Positions 26,655-40,780 of a DNA stretch of 64,000 nt are shown piece by piece. Numbering within the stretch: position 1 is the first letter of the stretch; each line of letters begins with the position of its first letter. The notes below the pieces were generated by a model. The model did no database searches. It worked only from the letters and a program-made list of their open reading frames with translations, and was not told the origin of the DNA. Location: assembly GCA_964016885.1 (NCBI GenBank), contig OZ024743.1:200136001-200200000 (forward strand), read 5' to 3'. The DNA comes from Eledone cirrhosa. Lineage: Eukaryota. The position numbers and the translations under genes were made by a program.

Positions 26655-27210
26655 AATATAATTGCTTCTACTTTTGGCACAAGGCCAGCAATTACTCCGG
26701 TGCATTACAGGTACTTTATTTTATCGACCCCGTAAGGATGAAAGGCAAAGTTAACCTCGGCGGGATTTGAACTCAGAACGTAAAAGACCATAACTCTATG
26801 CTATAGAGCATGGTGTCTGACGCTCCACCGATACTGCCAATTCACCGCCCTCTGATTTAGGTAAAATGCCAATAATTTTAGGAGAGAGGAAAGTCAATTA
26901 AATTGACCCCAGTGCGTGACTGGTGCTTTTATCGGACCCATATGGATGAAAGGCAAAGCTAACCTCGGTGGGATTAGAACTCAGAACGTAAATGATCGTA
27001 AAAAAACTAGGTTAATAATGTTATATAATCTAGACACATGACCTGTAATTTGTGTGGAGAGGAAAGTTGATAATATCAATCCTTGTGTTTGTCTAGTATT
27101 TTATTCTATCGACCCCTAGAAAGATAAAAAGTAAACTTGGCCTCGGCGGGATTTGAACTCAGAATGGAAGAACAAATTCTAGTCTAACGATTCAGCCAAT
27201 CCACCACTCC
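26655..27210 (-). mobile_element. Cluster of about three type-A SINEs, - strand
   Basis: Reverse-complement units (ggtactttattttatcgaccccgtaaggatgaaaggcaaag...gggatttgaactcag). Confidence 0.85.
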
Positions 27211-27799
27211 ACGTAAGTTTAAAATGAGAATGCTATTTATACAATTAAATTTCTCCAAGAACTGGATTATTTTCAAAATCATTCCTAAAACATAGTGTCT
27301 TTCATCAGAAATATAACGAAAAGGTTAATAATGAAAAAATTAGTTACATTTTTACATTACTCAAAATTCTTGATTATTTAAAAATATTTTGAAACTTAGA
27401 GACAACGTCTTTCGTTAGAAATATAATAAGGGCTTTTAGCTATTGCAAGTCAAGGGCCTTCAGAGATTTATTGACAAATAATTTCATTTGTGAAAGTTGT
27501 TGTAGATCAAATACTCTAAAGTATTTGTTTGTTTTACTTTTTTTTATTGTTCACTTCTCAGTACGGGACCAATATTCCACTAGTATGATCACTCTGATTC
27601 TGAAGATGGAACGGTGAAGACTTCAAAACATTAATGCGCACATGTTCAAAACTCAGCTAAATAAACGAATAGGGAAAGACAAAAAAAAATCACAACTAAA
27701 AATGATTACACTTGACCCTAGTCGTGTTTTCAATATAAGTTTGAAAGAAAAGCTGTTTTCTACTTACATTACTCCCATACTGACATAAGCGCACACGCT

Positions 27800-27834
<35 letters not shown>

Positions 27835-27857
27835 ATACACACACACACGTACATATA

Positions 27858-29536
27858 CAGTGCCCTGCAAAAGTTTACAACACATTAGGAAAAATGCGGT
27901 TTTAGGTATTTTTAATAAAGTTAGGGTAATGAAAATTTAACTACCGATAGAACATATAATGAGGCATTTAATGATACAATCATAGTTTAAAAAAAATATG
28001 ATTGTATCATTAAATGCCTCATTATATGTTCTATCGGTAGTTAAATTTTCATTACCCTAACTTTATTAAAAATAACAAGGAAATAACTCATGAAGAAAAA
28101 TCAATATTTTTATAACGCAAAAGTTTACAACACATTTATTAAATCATCTCTTAATATTTCGTAGCGTAACCTTTGTTGCTAATTACAGCCTGTAGGGCGT
28201 TTGGAGTAGCCTCCTACAAACTTCTTGCATGTTTCTTGGCTAATATTTATCCATTCTTCACAACAAATTTTCTTTAGTTCAGGGATATTTTGGGGTTTCC
28301 TTTTTTGAATTCTCTCCACAAATTTTCGATCGGGTTAAGATCTGGAGACTGACATGGTCATTTTAGAACATTTATTCCATTCGTACTTAACCAAGATTGT
28401 GTTAGCTTTGCAGTATGCTTTGGATTGTTATCTTGTTGAAAAAACCAACCTGGCTTTAAGCTGAAAGAATGTGCACTTTGATGTAAATTCCTTTGGAAAA
28501 TACCTCTATAATAAGTGCCACCCATTCTTCCTTCTATTATTTCAATATGTCCTACTCCTGTGGCACTAAAGAAACCCCAGACCATGATTGATCCACCTCC
28601 AAATTTTACAGTTGGAATAGTATTCTTCGGCGAATATTCAGTACCTTTCTTTCTCCAGACTTTTGCCACAGCATTTCGACCAAAATGTTCAATTTTTGTT
28701 TCGTCCGACTAAAGTACATCTTCCCAAAATGACGCAGGTTTGATGAGATGCTCATTTGCAAAGTTTAATCGACAAAGAACGTGTTTCCTCGTAAGAAGTG
28801 GTGTTTTCCTTGGAGACCTCGAGAAGATATTATATCGACGAAGTGAACGACTAATTGTATCTGCGCTCACTTTTACTCCACTTTCTTCTAAGTCATCCTG
28901 AAGATTTTTAAGAGTACACCGGGGTTCCTTGCCAACCTTTCTCGTCAATAACCGAGCTGCACGTTCCGTTATCTTTCTAGGACAACCAGAACTAATTAGA
29001 GGACAGATGGAATGATGAGATTTCCAGTGACGAATTATTGTACCAACTGAACTCAATGGCACATTTAACTGACAAGATATCTTTCTATAACCAACACCAT
29101 TTGTATGAAGGTCTACAATGCGTTTACAGAGGTCTTGATCAATCAGTTTATTTTTCCCTATATTGTCCATGTTTACAGGACGGTTGTCAATGTTTACAGG
29201 ATGGTTGTCAGACAAATAATGATGTAATGTTTTTAATAGTCCTTAGAAGTTACCGTCAACCTAATCTAGAACATTCTACTGAATTTTAAATCTGAAAATT
29301 TAAGAATTTTCTTGAAAAAAGCGATAAATATAAAATGTGTTGTAAACTTTTGCGTTATAAAAATATTGATTTTTCTTCATGTGTTATTTCCTTGTTATTT
29401 TTTTTTAAATATGATTGTATCATTAAATGCCTCATTATATGTTCTATCAGTAGTTACATTTTCATTACCCTAACTTTATTAAAAATACCTAAAACTGCAT
29501 TTTTCCTAATGTGTTGTAAACTTTTGCGGGGCACTG
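27858..29536 (-). mobile_element. Tc1-family DNA transposon of IR/DR type, full length
   Basis: TA|CAGTGCCCTGCAAAAGTTTACAACACATT...AATGTGTTGTAAACTTTTGCGGGGCACTG|TA; ~210-bp TIRs, each with an inner and an outer GCAAAAGTTTACAACACATT direct repeat. Confidence 0.95.
28151..29215 (-). pseudogene. Tc1 DD34E transposase with nonsense mutations
   Basis: Paired-like HTH, VL*SDETK, TVKFGGGSIMVWG, FQQDNNPKH-(34 aa spacing)-SPDLNPIENLW, ending GYATKY*. Stops at 28709 and 28358 replace conserved Trp residues. Confidence 0.92.
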
Positions 29537-30448
29537 TATATGTCTGGGTATGTATTTATGTATATATGTTTGTATATTTGTATAGATGCATGTATGTATG
29601 CATGTATGTATGCATGTATGTATATATATTTATTTATGTATACATGTATGTGTATACAAATATATGCGCGCAAGTGGGTATTAATAAAAAATATATCCAA
29701 GGATCAAGCAATTTTGTCCTAAACATGTAATTTCTTTTATAGACCCCGAAGGAGTGATCACGGGTGATTTTGGCGAGGCAACGTTGGATGGGGTGATTCT
29801 CGAGAATCTAATGCATTGTGGCCGATCAGAAATGTGGGAACCCTGACTTAACCTAAATAACGGGTTCTCACCCACACACTGGTGCATGAGTAGCCGTAAA
29901 TGGCTCTAGGTCTTATATATATCATGTGTTTATTAAGTGTTTTTATTGTAGTGTATTTATGCTAGTGGTAAAGGTGTAGGAATTATGACCATAACATCGT
30001 GAGTTCGATTCCTGGACTATGTTGTATTGTTGAGTAAAACACTTCATTTCACGTTTCCCCAGTATATCTTCTTTTTCTATGTGGACTGTTGTTCATATTT
30101 TTTTTTTAATTTCAATTTATCTCCTCTCTATTTTTTCTCGTTTGTCTACCGTCCACCGTTTCTCCCCCTCGCTCTCTCTTACTCCTACTATTTAAAGTGC
30201 ATCAACTGAAGCAGTTTGTAACATTTTTTTCGTCTTTAAATGTGTAATTCGTGTCTACTTGTTTTGTTGCATCACAATGTCGACTGGAATGAATAGTACC
30301 AACCTTAACCTACTGAAAGTCTAGTGATTTCCAGAGGTTGTTTTTCCGTTGTTATTCTTCCTTGCTTTTGTCCTATGCGACCCTGTTTTTGTTTTGTTAT
30401 AAATATATATATATATAGTCATGTAATAAACCAAATAAGATAATTATT

Positions 30449-30508
30449 TCATTTACCAGTCGTTTCTTGAAAGCAGATATTTATATCTGTTTTCAGTCGT
30501 CAGAATGA
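30449..30508 (-). ncRNA. Type-I hammerhead motif (family C, slightly decayed)
   Basis: TCATT-CTGACGA-ctgaaaacagatat aa atatctgctttcaa-GAAACGACTGGT-A-AATGA, in a ~125-bp TA-flanked element (30418-30545). Confidence 0.65.
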
Positions 30509-30540
30509 ATAAAAACATGGTGTTTTTATTAAATATGGAT

Positions 30541-30571
<31 letters not shown>

Positions 30572-30597
30572 ACAAAGAATATATATATATATATATA

Positions 30598-30778
30598 ACA
30601 AAGAAGGTGTGGTAAGATACCAAGTGGACCATAACTCACCAGAGTACTCGATACTTAGGGTAGTAGAGTGAGTAATAGGAAATGAGTCAGAACTCCGACG
30701 GCTGAGCTCCGGCCGTTTCGACAGCTAGCAGTCGAAACGGCCGGAGCTCAGCCGTCGGAGTCCTGATTCTTTTCCTAT
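30598..30778 (+). mobile_element. Family A copy 4 (hairpin 30675-30778)
   Basis: Body plus actccgacggctgagctccggccgtttcgac-agctagca-gtcgaaacggccggagctcagccgtcggagt (perfect arms); (TA)n on both sides. Confidence 0.8.
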
Positions 30779-30816
30779 ATATATATATATATGTATATAT
30801 ATATGTGTGTGTGTGT

Positions 30817-30885
<69 letters not shown>

Positions 30886-31082
30886 TGTGTGTGTGTGTGT
30901 CTGTGTGTGTGTGTGTGGGTGTGTGTGTGTGTGTCTGTGTGTGTGTATGTGTGTGTGTGTAGTTGAATTTCTAGTTGTAAGGAAGCTATTAAAAGTACAA
31001 ATAAATTAATAGCGTTATGCAGTTTTGTTAAGCTATCGGCCAGACCTAACTACAAGAACAACTACTATTACTACCACGGCCC

Positions 31083-31140
<58 letters not shown>

Positions 31141-31389
31141 CATTATATAAATAAGGAAAAACAACAACAACGAGAATAACAATTACGACCATTATATAGA
31201 ATTATAAAGTGAATAAATGAAAGAAAGTGAAGGAGAGGGTGGGGTGGGTGGTGAAGTAGGTAATGTGTGGGTAAAGAGAGATAAAGCAGAAAGAACTTCA
31301 TATGGTAATTGGTTCTCTAGTACTTCCTGGTACATCTTAATCTACAACAATTCTCTCTGTCTTCCACCTCACTTCCTCCACCACCCCTT

Positions 31390-31462
<73 letters not shown>

Positions 31463-31864
31463 CTCTCTCTCTCTCTCTCTCTCTCAGTATCTCTATCTGT
31501 CTCTCTCAGTCTTTCTCTCTCAGTCTTTCTCTCTCTCTCTCTCTCTCAGTCTCTCTCGGTCTCCCCCCTCTCTCTCTCTGATTTTTGTCTCTGTTAGTTC
31601 TTCAAGTGCAATTCAAAGAGAGTTCTGTGTTTACCATTAATTCTCTTATTACTGATTCCATTCTGTCTTTTTATTATTAATAATATTTTAATATATCTAT
31701 TTTCTTTTATTCTTTTGCTGATTTCTGTCATTAGATAGCGACCAAGCTGGAGCAGAATCTTGAAACCATTTAGTCGACTATATCAACCTCCACATTGCTT
31801 CTTTTTTTTTAAGCATTATTCTTACTCTATCGATTACTTTTTATTGAACAGATAATTTACGGAA

Positions 31865-32410
31865 CACACAGAGTGGCACATACACAGACGTAAACATTCA
31901 TAATACATACATACATACATACATACATACATACATACATACATACATACATACATACATTAATATATAATACATAATACATTAATACATACATACATAC
32001 ATACATACGTACGTACATATATACATACATACATATAGTGGCACAGACACAGACGTAAACATTCATACATACATACATTCATTAATACCTAAATACGTAC
32101 GTACATATATACATACACATTCATTAATACATACATACATACGTACGTACATATATACATACATACATAGTGGACACAGACGTAAACATTCATACAAACA
32201 TACATACATTCATTAATACATAAATACGTACGTACATATATACATACATACACATTCATTAATACATACATACATACGTACGTACATATATACATACATA
32301 CATAGTGACACAGAGGCAGACGTAAACATTCATACATACATACAAACATTCATTAATACATACGTACATATATACATACATACAAACATTCATTAATACA
32401 TACATACATA
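31865..32410. repeat. Higher-order minisatellite built on (TACA)n
   Basis: Recurrent cagacgtaaacattcat and cattcattaatacat...acgtacgtacatatatac modules. Confidence 0.7.
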
Positions 32411-32625
32411 TATATATACATGCATATATATATAGGTACATACATATACACATACATATACTCACATATATAAATACATGTAGTATATAAGAATTGAGCC
32501 TTCTTCTTAAATATAAACTTTAGTGTCTACACAAACATCCATACACTTATACACACTTACACACACATAGATGTACTCAAGCCAACACACGCACACACAC
32601 AAACTCACACAATCACACACACAAA

Positions 32626-32674
<49 letters not shown>

Positions 32675-33476
32675 TCACTATGTGAAGTAATTTCGAAGGA
32701 AGCAGTAAATGAAAATTCAAGGTGTTTAATCAGAAAATATGTTTTGTTTTTTCAGTGTTACAGGGAGAAATAATAAAGCAGATGTTTTTGTTATTTGTTT
32801 GGCGACAGGTCAGCCTTGATCCAACAGGCTTATGATCAAAGGATGTTCCAGCCCTGACAATCCCCTCTTTATTCAGACATAATGCATCTGGAACTATATC
32901 ATCCAATGTCTACTTCCTGTTTTTAGACTCTCGGTTTCGGGATGAAAATGAAATTTACAGCTCACACCTCTATATGTTAAGGTGGTCTTCTACGAGGTTG
33001 TATACCATCTCTTGAAAATCAATGTAAAATGAAGTCTCTTGCTCAAGAACACAACGCACCATCCGGTCCAGAAATCGAACCTATGACCTTATGATCACGA
33101 GTGAAAGACTCTAATTATTAAGGTGCGGGCGGTTTGAAGGAATTTTTGCTTGGTTGATCTCGTTAGTGTGTCATTTGGAGACTACTGCTTCATATATATA
33201 TATTACTATCTCCTAGACCTAATGATTAATTGATTAATTTAATTAGACAATTCCATTGATTGGTTAATTAATTTGTTTGTTTAATAACGGTCAGGTTGAG
33301 TGCTTAATTCAGTGTGTGTATGGACATTTTTCCATTGCTCATAATTTGAATTTGACCGCCAAAAACCGGAGTTAGCTCCCTTTGGAATCACATGTGCCCA
33401 CACACCCAAATTGGCGTCAGAATGAAATGCCTGTTGAGAATGTAAATCCACTGTTCGATCTTCCAGAAACTTAACT

Positions 33477-33530
<54 letters not shown>

Positions 33531-33552
33531 TATATATAAATATATATATAAA

Positions 33553-33864
33553 TACCCCCTCCGCCTCTGTGGTATTTTCTTCGGGGTTATAAGAGGCTTA
33601 GCTCTGTTTCTCGACCGTTATATCGCGTGACTATCTCCCCCTCCGCCTTTTGGGATTCTTTCTCACGTCGTGTAGACGCGTTCTTGAGACTAGTAAAATG
33701 AGGTATCCTCTTGATAAGTCGGCAGACCTCGCAGGGACTCTATATCTTTATGATGTATTGTTTTTGTTTATGCCACGAAACTACGTAGTCGAGGAATCTA
33801 GGAGCAGTTTAGGTATGATACATTTTATTACTAATTGTATCTAAATGTTTCTTCTCTCTTCATT
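33553..33864 (+). mobile_element. Second copy of the 8466-9288 hammerhead element
   Basis: Reverse complement of ~8638-8947 with few differences; TA-flanked. Confidence 0.85.
33706..33795 (+). ncRNA. Hammerhead ribozyme, U3:A8 variant
   Basis: TCCTC-TTGATAA-GTCGGCA...TGCCAC-GAAACTACGTAGT-C-GAGGA. Confidence 0.7.
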
Positions 33865-33880
33865 ATATATATATATTTAT

Positions 33881-33966
33881 TTTTCCTATTACCCACTCTA
33901 CTACCCTAAGTATTGAGTACTCTGCTGCGTTATGGTCCATCTGGTTCCTTACCACACCTCCTTCGT

Positions 33967-33967
<1 letters not shown>
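33881..33967 (-). mobile_element. Family A copy 5 (body only)
   Basis: ttcctattacccactctactaccctaagtattgagtactctgctgcgttatggtccatctggttccttaccacacctccttcgtt. Confidence 0.8.
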
Positions 33968-33997
<30 letters not shown>

Positions 33998-34070
33998 GTA
34001 TATGTATATATATATGTATATATATATGTATATATATATATGTATATATATGTATATATATATATGTATA

Positions 34071-34109
<39 letters not shown>

Positions 34110-34164
34110 TTCCTGTCAGCATTACTTGGCAAGCTATTTAGAATACTGGTTTGAGAGCTTTACT

Positions 34165-34202
34165 TCCCTCCGAAGAAGAGATATTATCTCGAAAATTAAG
34201 GA
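34165..34202 (+). ncRNA. Minimal hammerhead-like motif with a CCGAAGA core
   Basis: CCT-CCGAAGA-a-GAGAT-att-ATCTC-GAAAATT-A-AGG, in a TA-flanked ~210-bp island. Confidence 0.45.
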
Positions 34203-34330
34203 CATTTAAATAAATCTAAGGTAAAAGACTAGTTGTCAACAATATCTTTTGCATTTGCATTCATTATTCTATGTCCATACCTGCATTGTTTTGGCTTTAT
34301 TATACATATACAAACGTTTATATATATATG

Positions 34331-34444
<114 letters not shown>

Positions 34445-34478
34445 TATATACATATACATATATATACATATATATATA

Positions 34479-34563
34479 TAACAAAGGAGCTGTTGCAAGG
34501 AACCAGATGGACCATAACGCACCAGAGTACTCAATAGTTAGGGTAGTAGAGTGGGTAATAGGG

Positions 34564-34566
<3 letters not shown>
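34479..34566 (+). mobile_element. Family A copy 6 (body only)
   Basis: aacaaaggagctgttgcaaggaaccagatggaccataacgcaccagagtactcaatagttagggtagtagagtgggtaatagg. Confidence 0.8.
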
Positions 34567-34642
<76 letters not shown>

Positions 34643-35130
34643 TATCAACAATAAGCCTTAGAAAGAAATACTTTCCTAGCGTAGGTGTTTATGCACATTT
34701 TCCACAACAATGTAATTTTCAAGCTGTAATACAACCTGAACAGCTACATTGTAACTTTACATTTTTCTTAATTTCAATAAATTTTCCTGTTTTTTTCAAC
34801 ACACTCAGTGTATATCTACATAGTTTCTTTTTACTGAACCAACTGTAAATTAAATTATAGTTGACAAATTCCTGACCTACTTGCCAAGCGGATAAAAACA
34901 AAACGTATAGTTTATAACGAGCGTTTTTTTAATGCAAACTAAATCAAAATTGTACTGTACATGTATACATAAATACATATGTACTTACGTACATATGCAC
35001 ATGCATACATAAATACATACACGCGCAAACACACACACATATATATCTATGTATGCATATATAATATATATATATTTATATATTTATGTGTGTGTGTGTA
35101 TACATATATATATATATATATAAATATATG

Positions 35131-35490
<360 letters not shown>

Positions 35491-35498
35491 ATTATTAT

Positions 35499-35561
<63 letters not shown>

Positions 35562-35588
35562 TGTAATAAACAACATAAGGCAATTATT

Positions 35589-35644
35589 CCATTTACCAGT
35601 GGTTTCTTAAAAGCAAAAAATGTTGCTTTCAATCATCAGAATGA
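35589..35644 (-). ncRNA. Canonical type-I hammerhead ribozyme (family C)
   Basis: TCATT-CTGATGA-TTGAAAGCAA-loop-TTGCTTTTAA-GAAACC-act-GGT-A-AATGG: 10-bp helix II and GUA triplet; element 35557-35692 lies between (TA)n tracts. Confidence 0.8.
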
Positions 35645-35690
35645 AAAAATCCTGGTGTATTTATTGATATTGAATTCTGTTCTCAGACGC

Positions 35691-35802
<112 letters not shown>

Positions 35803-35860
35803 ATACACACCCACACACACATATATATATATATGTATAATTATATATATATATATATAT

Positions 35861-36682
35861 ATTTTTTTTTTCTCTCTCTGCTCAATGGCATTCGTTCGTG
35901 CTGGACTATTCTTTCCCTAGCGCTCATATATTCACCTAGCTTACGCTAACAGAATAATTTTTGAAGCTTGTTTCTCTCCCACGGTATGCTATCTTACTGT
36001 TGTTCCCCTGTCTCACTCGCTTTACGCGTTTTAATTGTCCTAATAACTTATTTTGGTTATTATTGCACCGAAGTGAGATATATGATTTTTAATGCAATGA
36101 AATATCTATGATCTTCAGCAAATCACTGATGAGGGACGTATTTTATTACATGTTACCATGCGCTACCTGCAGTATTTTTCTCTATATTTTAATACATATA
36201 TTTACCACTGCGATTCTGTGTTTTTTCTCTCTCTCTTACTGTTCCCCCATTCTCTCTGTTTCTCCCCCTCTGTCTTGTCCGTTAACTCTTCCTCACACTT
36301 TCACTCACTCACTGTTTTTCTCCCTCTTCTCTTCATTTCATCCTGCACTCACGGACGCTATTTTTTCTCTCTCTGCTCAATGGCATTCGTTCGTGCTGGA
36401 CTATTCTTTCCCTAGCGCTCATATATTCACCTAGCTTACGCTAACAGAATAATTTTTGAAGCTTGTTTCTCTCCCACGGTATGCTATCTTTCCTGTTATT
36501 CCCCTGTCTCACTCGCTTTACGCGTTTTAATTGTCCTAATAACTTATTTTGGTTATTATTGCACCGAAGTGAGATATATGATTTTTAATGCAATGAAATA
36601 TCTATGATCTTCGGCAAATCACTGATGAGGGACGTATTTTATTACATGTTACCATGTGCTACCTGCAGTATTTTTCTCTATA

Positions 36683-36690
<8 letters not shown>
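35861..36690. repeat. Partial tandem duplication, period 495 bp (~1.7 copies), TA-flanked
   Basis: ctcaatggcattcgttcgtgctgg at 35881 and 36376; identity runs to ...ctctatattttaata. Confidence 0.9.
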
Positions 36691-36732
<42 letters not shown>

Positions 36733-36733
36733 A

Positions 36734-36764
<31 letters not shown>

Positions 36765-37350
36765 ATATATGTACCTTCATACACTTACATACCTAGGCAT
36801 ATATACACGTATGTATGTATATATGCATGTATGTGTGTATGTATGTATGAATATATGTATGTAAGAATGTAAATGTGTGTGTATCTGTATTTATGTAACC
36901 ATGTCTACCTATATCAAGTGTAAAGGGTGTGCTAGAGGAAGAGTTACAAATACGTTCACTAATGTCTCAGATTATTTCCACTTTCTCTTTTGTGTGGCTT
37001 AATAAAACATTCTTTCGTAATTATATATTAATCTTTATTAAGTAATAAGAAAAAAATTATTAACATGCAATTAAACTTACCATATACCCTAGAGGAAGTA
37101 GACAATTGTCACAAGCAGTGAACGCTCTTGTGAGAGCATAGAATAATATTAGCTGCTCCAAGGGGAAGATTTTTTGTTGTAGTTCTCTTATTTTCTGTAA
37201 CAATATTTTGCTTTGTTTACCATTCTGCTAAATCTCTTTCCCCATTATCCCCACTATAAGAACCTAGTTAACAGCGTGAATAAGGGATCGCCTACTTTTA
37301 TTAGTTATCATATATATGCTGAAATTTAAACTTTAGAAACTTCAGTCAAA

Positions 37351-37932
37351 ATGAATCAGTACGATAATACTTCTGCAAATAAAACGTACTATGCTAGCTT
37401 CGAACTGGAACTACCTTTGAAATACATTATATCAAGAACAGATCGTAGAGATTTATATCGATGTTCTTGTGCTGGCGTTCTAGAAAATCTTTGGTACTAT
37501 TTGTTCCAATGTAGAAGTTATCAGTCTGAGAGAGAGGCCATGCTGAAACAAATCTATAAAAAACTGCCAAGATTAGTAATTCAATATATGGTTAAAGGTC
37601 TACCAAATATAAACAAAGTCTTTGAGTACATGGAAACTACGAAACGATTCAACAACAGAAACTTCTAGCTGTTTTACAGCTTCCCTTGTTTCCTATTTTC
37701 TTTTTCTTTTTCCTTTTCTTAGGCATAATCTGCCTCCCATTGGCCTTCAATATTTGACATTTTTATTTTTATTATTTTATTTTTATTTTTCTGGGTTTTT
37801 TCCCTTATTTTTTTTTTTTATTACTTGTTTGTCTCACTAGATATTTTTGATTATCAACTGTAAGGATTACTCGATACTTGGCTTATCAGATCTATGAGGA
37901 CGTTTAAATTGATTAAATAAATAAATAAATAA
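37351..37932 (+). mobile_element. Old LINE 3' remnant (C-terminal Cys knuckle, 3' UTR, (TAAA)n tail)
   Basis: CSCAGVLENLWYYLFQCRSYQSER...VFEYMETTKRF* resembles LINE ORF2 C-termini; tail taaataaataaataaat. Confidence 0.55.
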
Positions 37933-38560
37933 TATAAGTAACCATGGCAAATTCAAATTCTATGGATTATATATATATATTTGTGTCAGTATATAATCAA
38001 AGTTTGTATATTAATCAAAGTTTTGCATACCCCCATATGTGAATAGTTCTACTTAACCCTCAAAATATGGGATCGTCACCGCAAGAATGTTTTTGATAAT
38101 AAGTTTGCTGGTTCAACGCTGATCTGATATTAAAAAAAAACAACTGAAATTACTTAAAAGACTTCAATTATTCGTACGTTAGCTCCAACTTATGCTAGTC
38201 AAGCAAATTATTCTTCTGATCTAATCAATCTCAGATTATAGAAACCCGTAATGTTTGGTACTCAAATCTAGTTACTGTAATGGTAAGTGGAATATTAAAA
38301 AAATATCATATTTCTCCACTCTGCCTATGATGTACGGTTTATCCTCACAAAGAACATTTCCTGTATGAGGTCTCGAACTCACTACAAAGATATGAACTAC
38401 ACACCTATATTTTGTTGATGTTTAATTCTGGACTACATTATAGTTCATTGGTTAAGAAGTTTGCTTCCCACGCATGCGGCCTTGAATTGGTTTCACTGTG
38501 TGGCAACTTGGAAAAGTGTGTTTTACCATAACAATATACCACTCCAAACTTTCTATATAC

Positions 38561-38636
<76 letters not shown>

Positions 38637-38707
38637 GTATCTATCTATCTATCTATCAATCTATCCATATATTTATGTATCTATCTATTTATTTATCTAT
38701 ATATGTA

Positions 38708-39082
38708 TTCCCTTCTTTAAGTATCACTTTAGAAGGAGAATCAGGGTGGAGAGAGAGGCACTGCACCCCAGTAAATTTACTGAAAGGTGGGTGAATGAAG
38801 CGAAAATGGCCCGAGTGATTGGGCCTTCTCTGTTTATAAGCCTGTAGGTTGAGGAAGAGAGCAAAAGGAAGAAAGGAGCACTTGCACAACACGCTCCTGG
38901 AGTTGAGGGTTGTTCTATCGACGGGGTATTAAACAACCCATTTGTGGCGCCTCCCCCCTATTGGTGATTTCGATTGTTGTAATTGTTTGTTTTTATATTT
39001 TTTACACGACTGCATGTAAAATCCCCGGCATGTCTTTGTATTGTCTTCTTTTCTTGTGCGCCCTTGTGGCTAATAAAGAAAT
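38708..39082 (+). mobile_element. Tx1/L1 3' fragment related to the element at 1-2335, beside (ATCT)n
   Basis: FFKYHFRRRIRVEREALHPSKFTERWVNEAKM matches FFKFHLKRVERQVLPSSKFVERWVNVARM; both end gcccttgtggc(c/t)a(t/a)taaagaaat. Confidence 0.85.
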
Positions 39083-40183
39083 ATATCTATGTGTTCGTAT
39101 GTGTACGTTGCAAATATGATTAAATTGCTGCGTCTTTTGTTTTTTTATATAAAACACGAAATTGTTCAATCCACAATCACAGCCAATTTCGTCGAACGTT
39201 GTTAATTCTGCTCTATGGATTCACACAAGTATCCAAAACTTTAGACACACCGATTTTCAACGAACTGGTCAATTTGTGTTACGCTAATTATGTATAAGAA
39301 TTCTGTTATTGGAACACGTATAAGTAAAATACTCAACCCTTCTAACGGATAGAATGTTCCGTTGATTGAACAACTGAATACTTCATTTTGAAACCGACGG
39401 AGGTCCATTTATGGCCTCCCTTACACTTGGTACTTACATACTCACATACATAGAACTAGGAGGACTGTACTGGTCATAGACATAATACAGTAATAGCAGC
39501 AACAGCAGCAACATCAGCAGCAGCAACATCAGCTTATATGAATAAACAGTTTTATTTAATAGAAAGAGAAGATATATGTAAAATGAATTTAACAGTTTTT
39601 TTAGAGTATTTTTCAATGTCTAAAATGACTCTTCCACTCTGTAATTGCTTACCCAACATTTATATCACGTTTGTTCAGCTAGTTAGTCAGTAATACTACA
39701 TAGCCTGAGTAATAGAACGTTTATCACGTGCCTAGATCTAGTAAATCAAAGTGCACATCACTTGAATCGAGTGTAATGGGTTTGAAGTGCTTTTAAGGAG
39801 ACTGGAAGTTCCTGATCATTTACTCTCATTAACAGATCCCATTCTTCTGTTAACTCTTAACTCTAAATATCCTTCAAAACACATCTAAACATGTTTACAG
39901 ACAATATTAGGTTACGTCATATGATGTAATATGCAATGTAAATAAACACATTTAAACATATTTATATGGAAACTTTAGATTACATGATATATTGTGTGAT
40001 GTAATGTTTAATTGCTTCAATAGTAGAAGCGATTTTTTCGAATTGAGAGATAGTACAGCTCCAATACTACGGACATTTCGTTAAATGCTTACGGAAAAAA
40101 ACGATGGATTTATTTTACGGGCAGAATCAATCGACAGCAGTCTCAGAGATAGACCAGTAGTAAGATCGTTAGATAACATCCAC

Positions 40184-40237
<54 letters not shown>

Positions 40238-40608
40238 TTAGGTGTGTTGGTTCACCACTGGATAGAACTGGTCATTCCGTTTGGTCAACCTCGATGTAAT
40301 ATTAGGGAGAGCACTCGACGTAATGCAACTCACCTGTCTTCGTTTGTGTTGTTGGTGTGCGAGTACGGAGTTAATTATTATAAAATATATATATATATGT
40401 GTGTATATGTATGTGTGTATATATGCATATGTTACGTGAATGTGTATGGATGTATTGTATATTTATTTTATTGTTTTTATATGTGTGTATATGTGTAAGC
40501 GTATGTGTGTATGTATATATATATATATATATTAGAAAATATATAGCTTTCACCGTATTTTTTTAACTAAAGGAATTTTAGCTTGATAACGGGGTTTAGA
40601 ACCCTCAG

Positions 40609-40682
<74 letters not shown>

Positions 40683-40729
40683 GTGTGTGTATGCATGTAG
40701 ATATAGATATATATATATATGTATATGTA

Positions 40730-40780
<51 letters not shown>

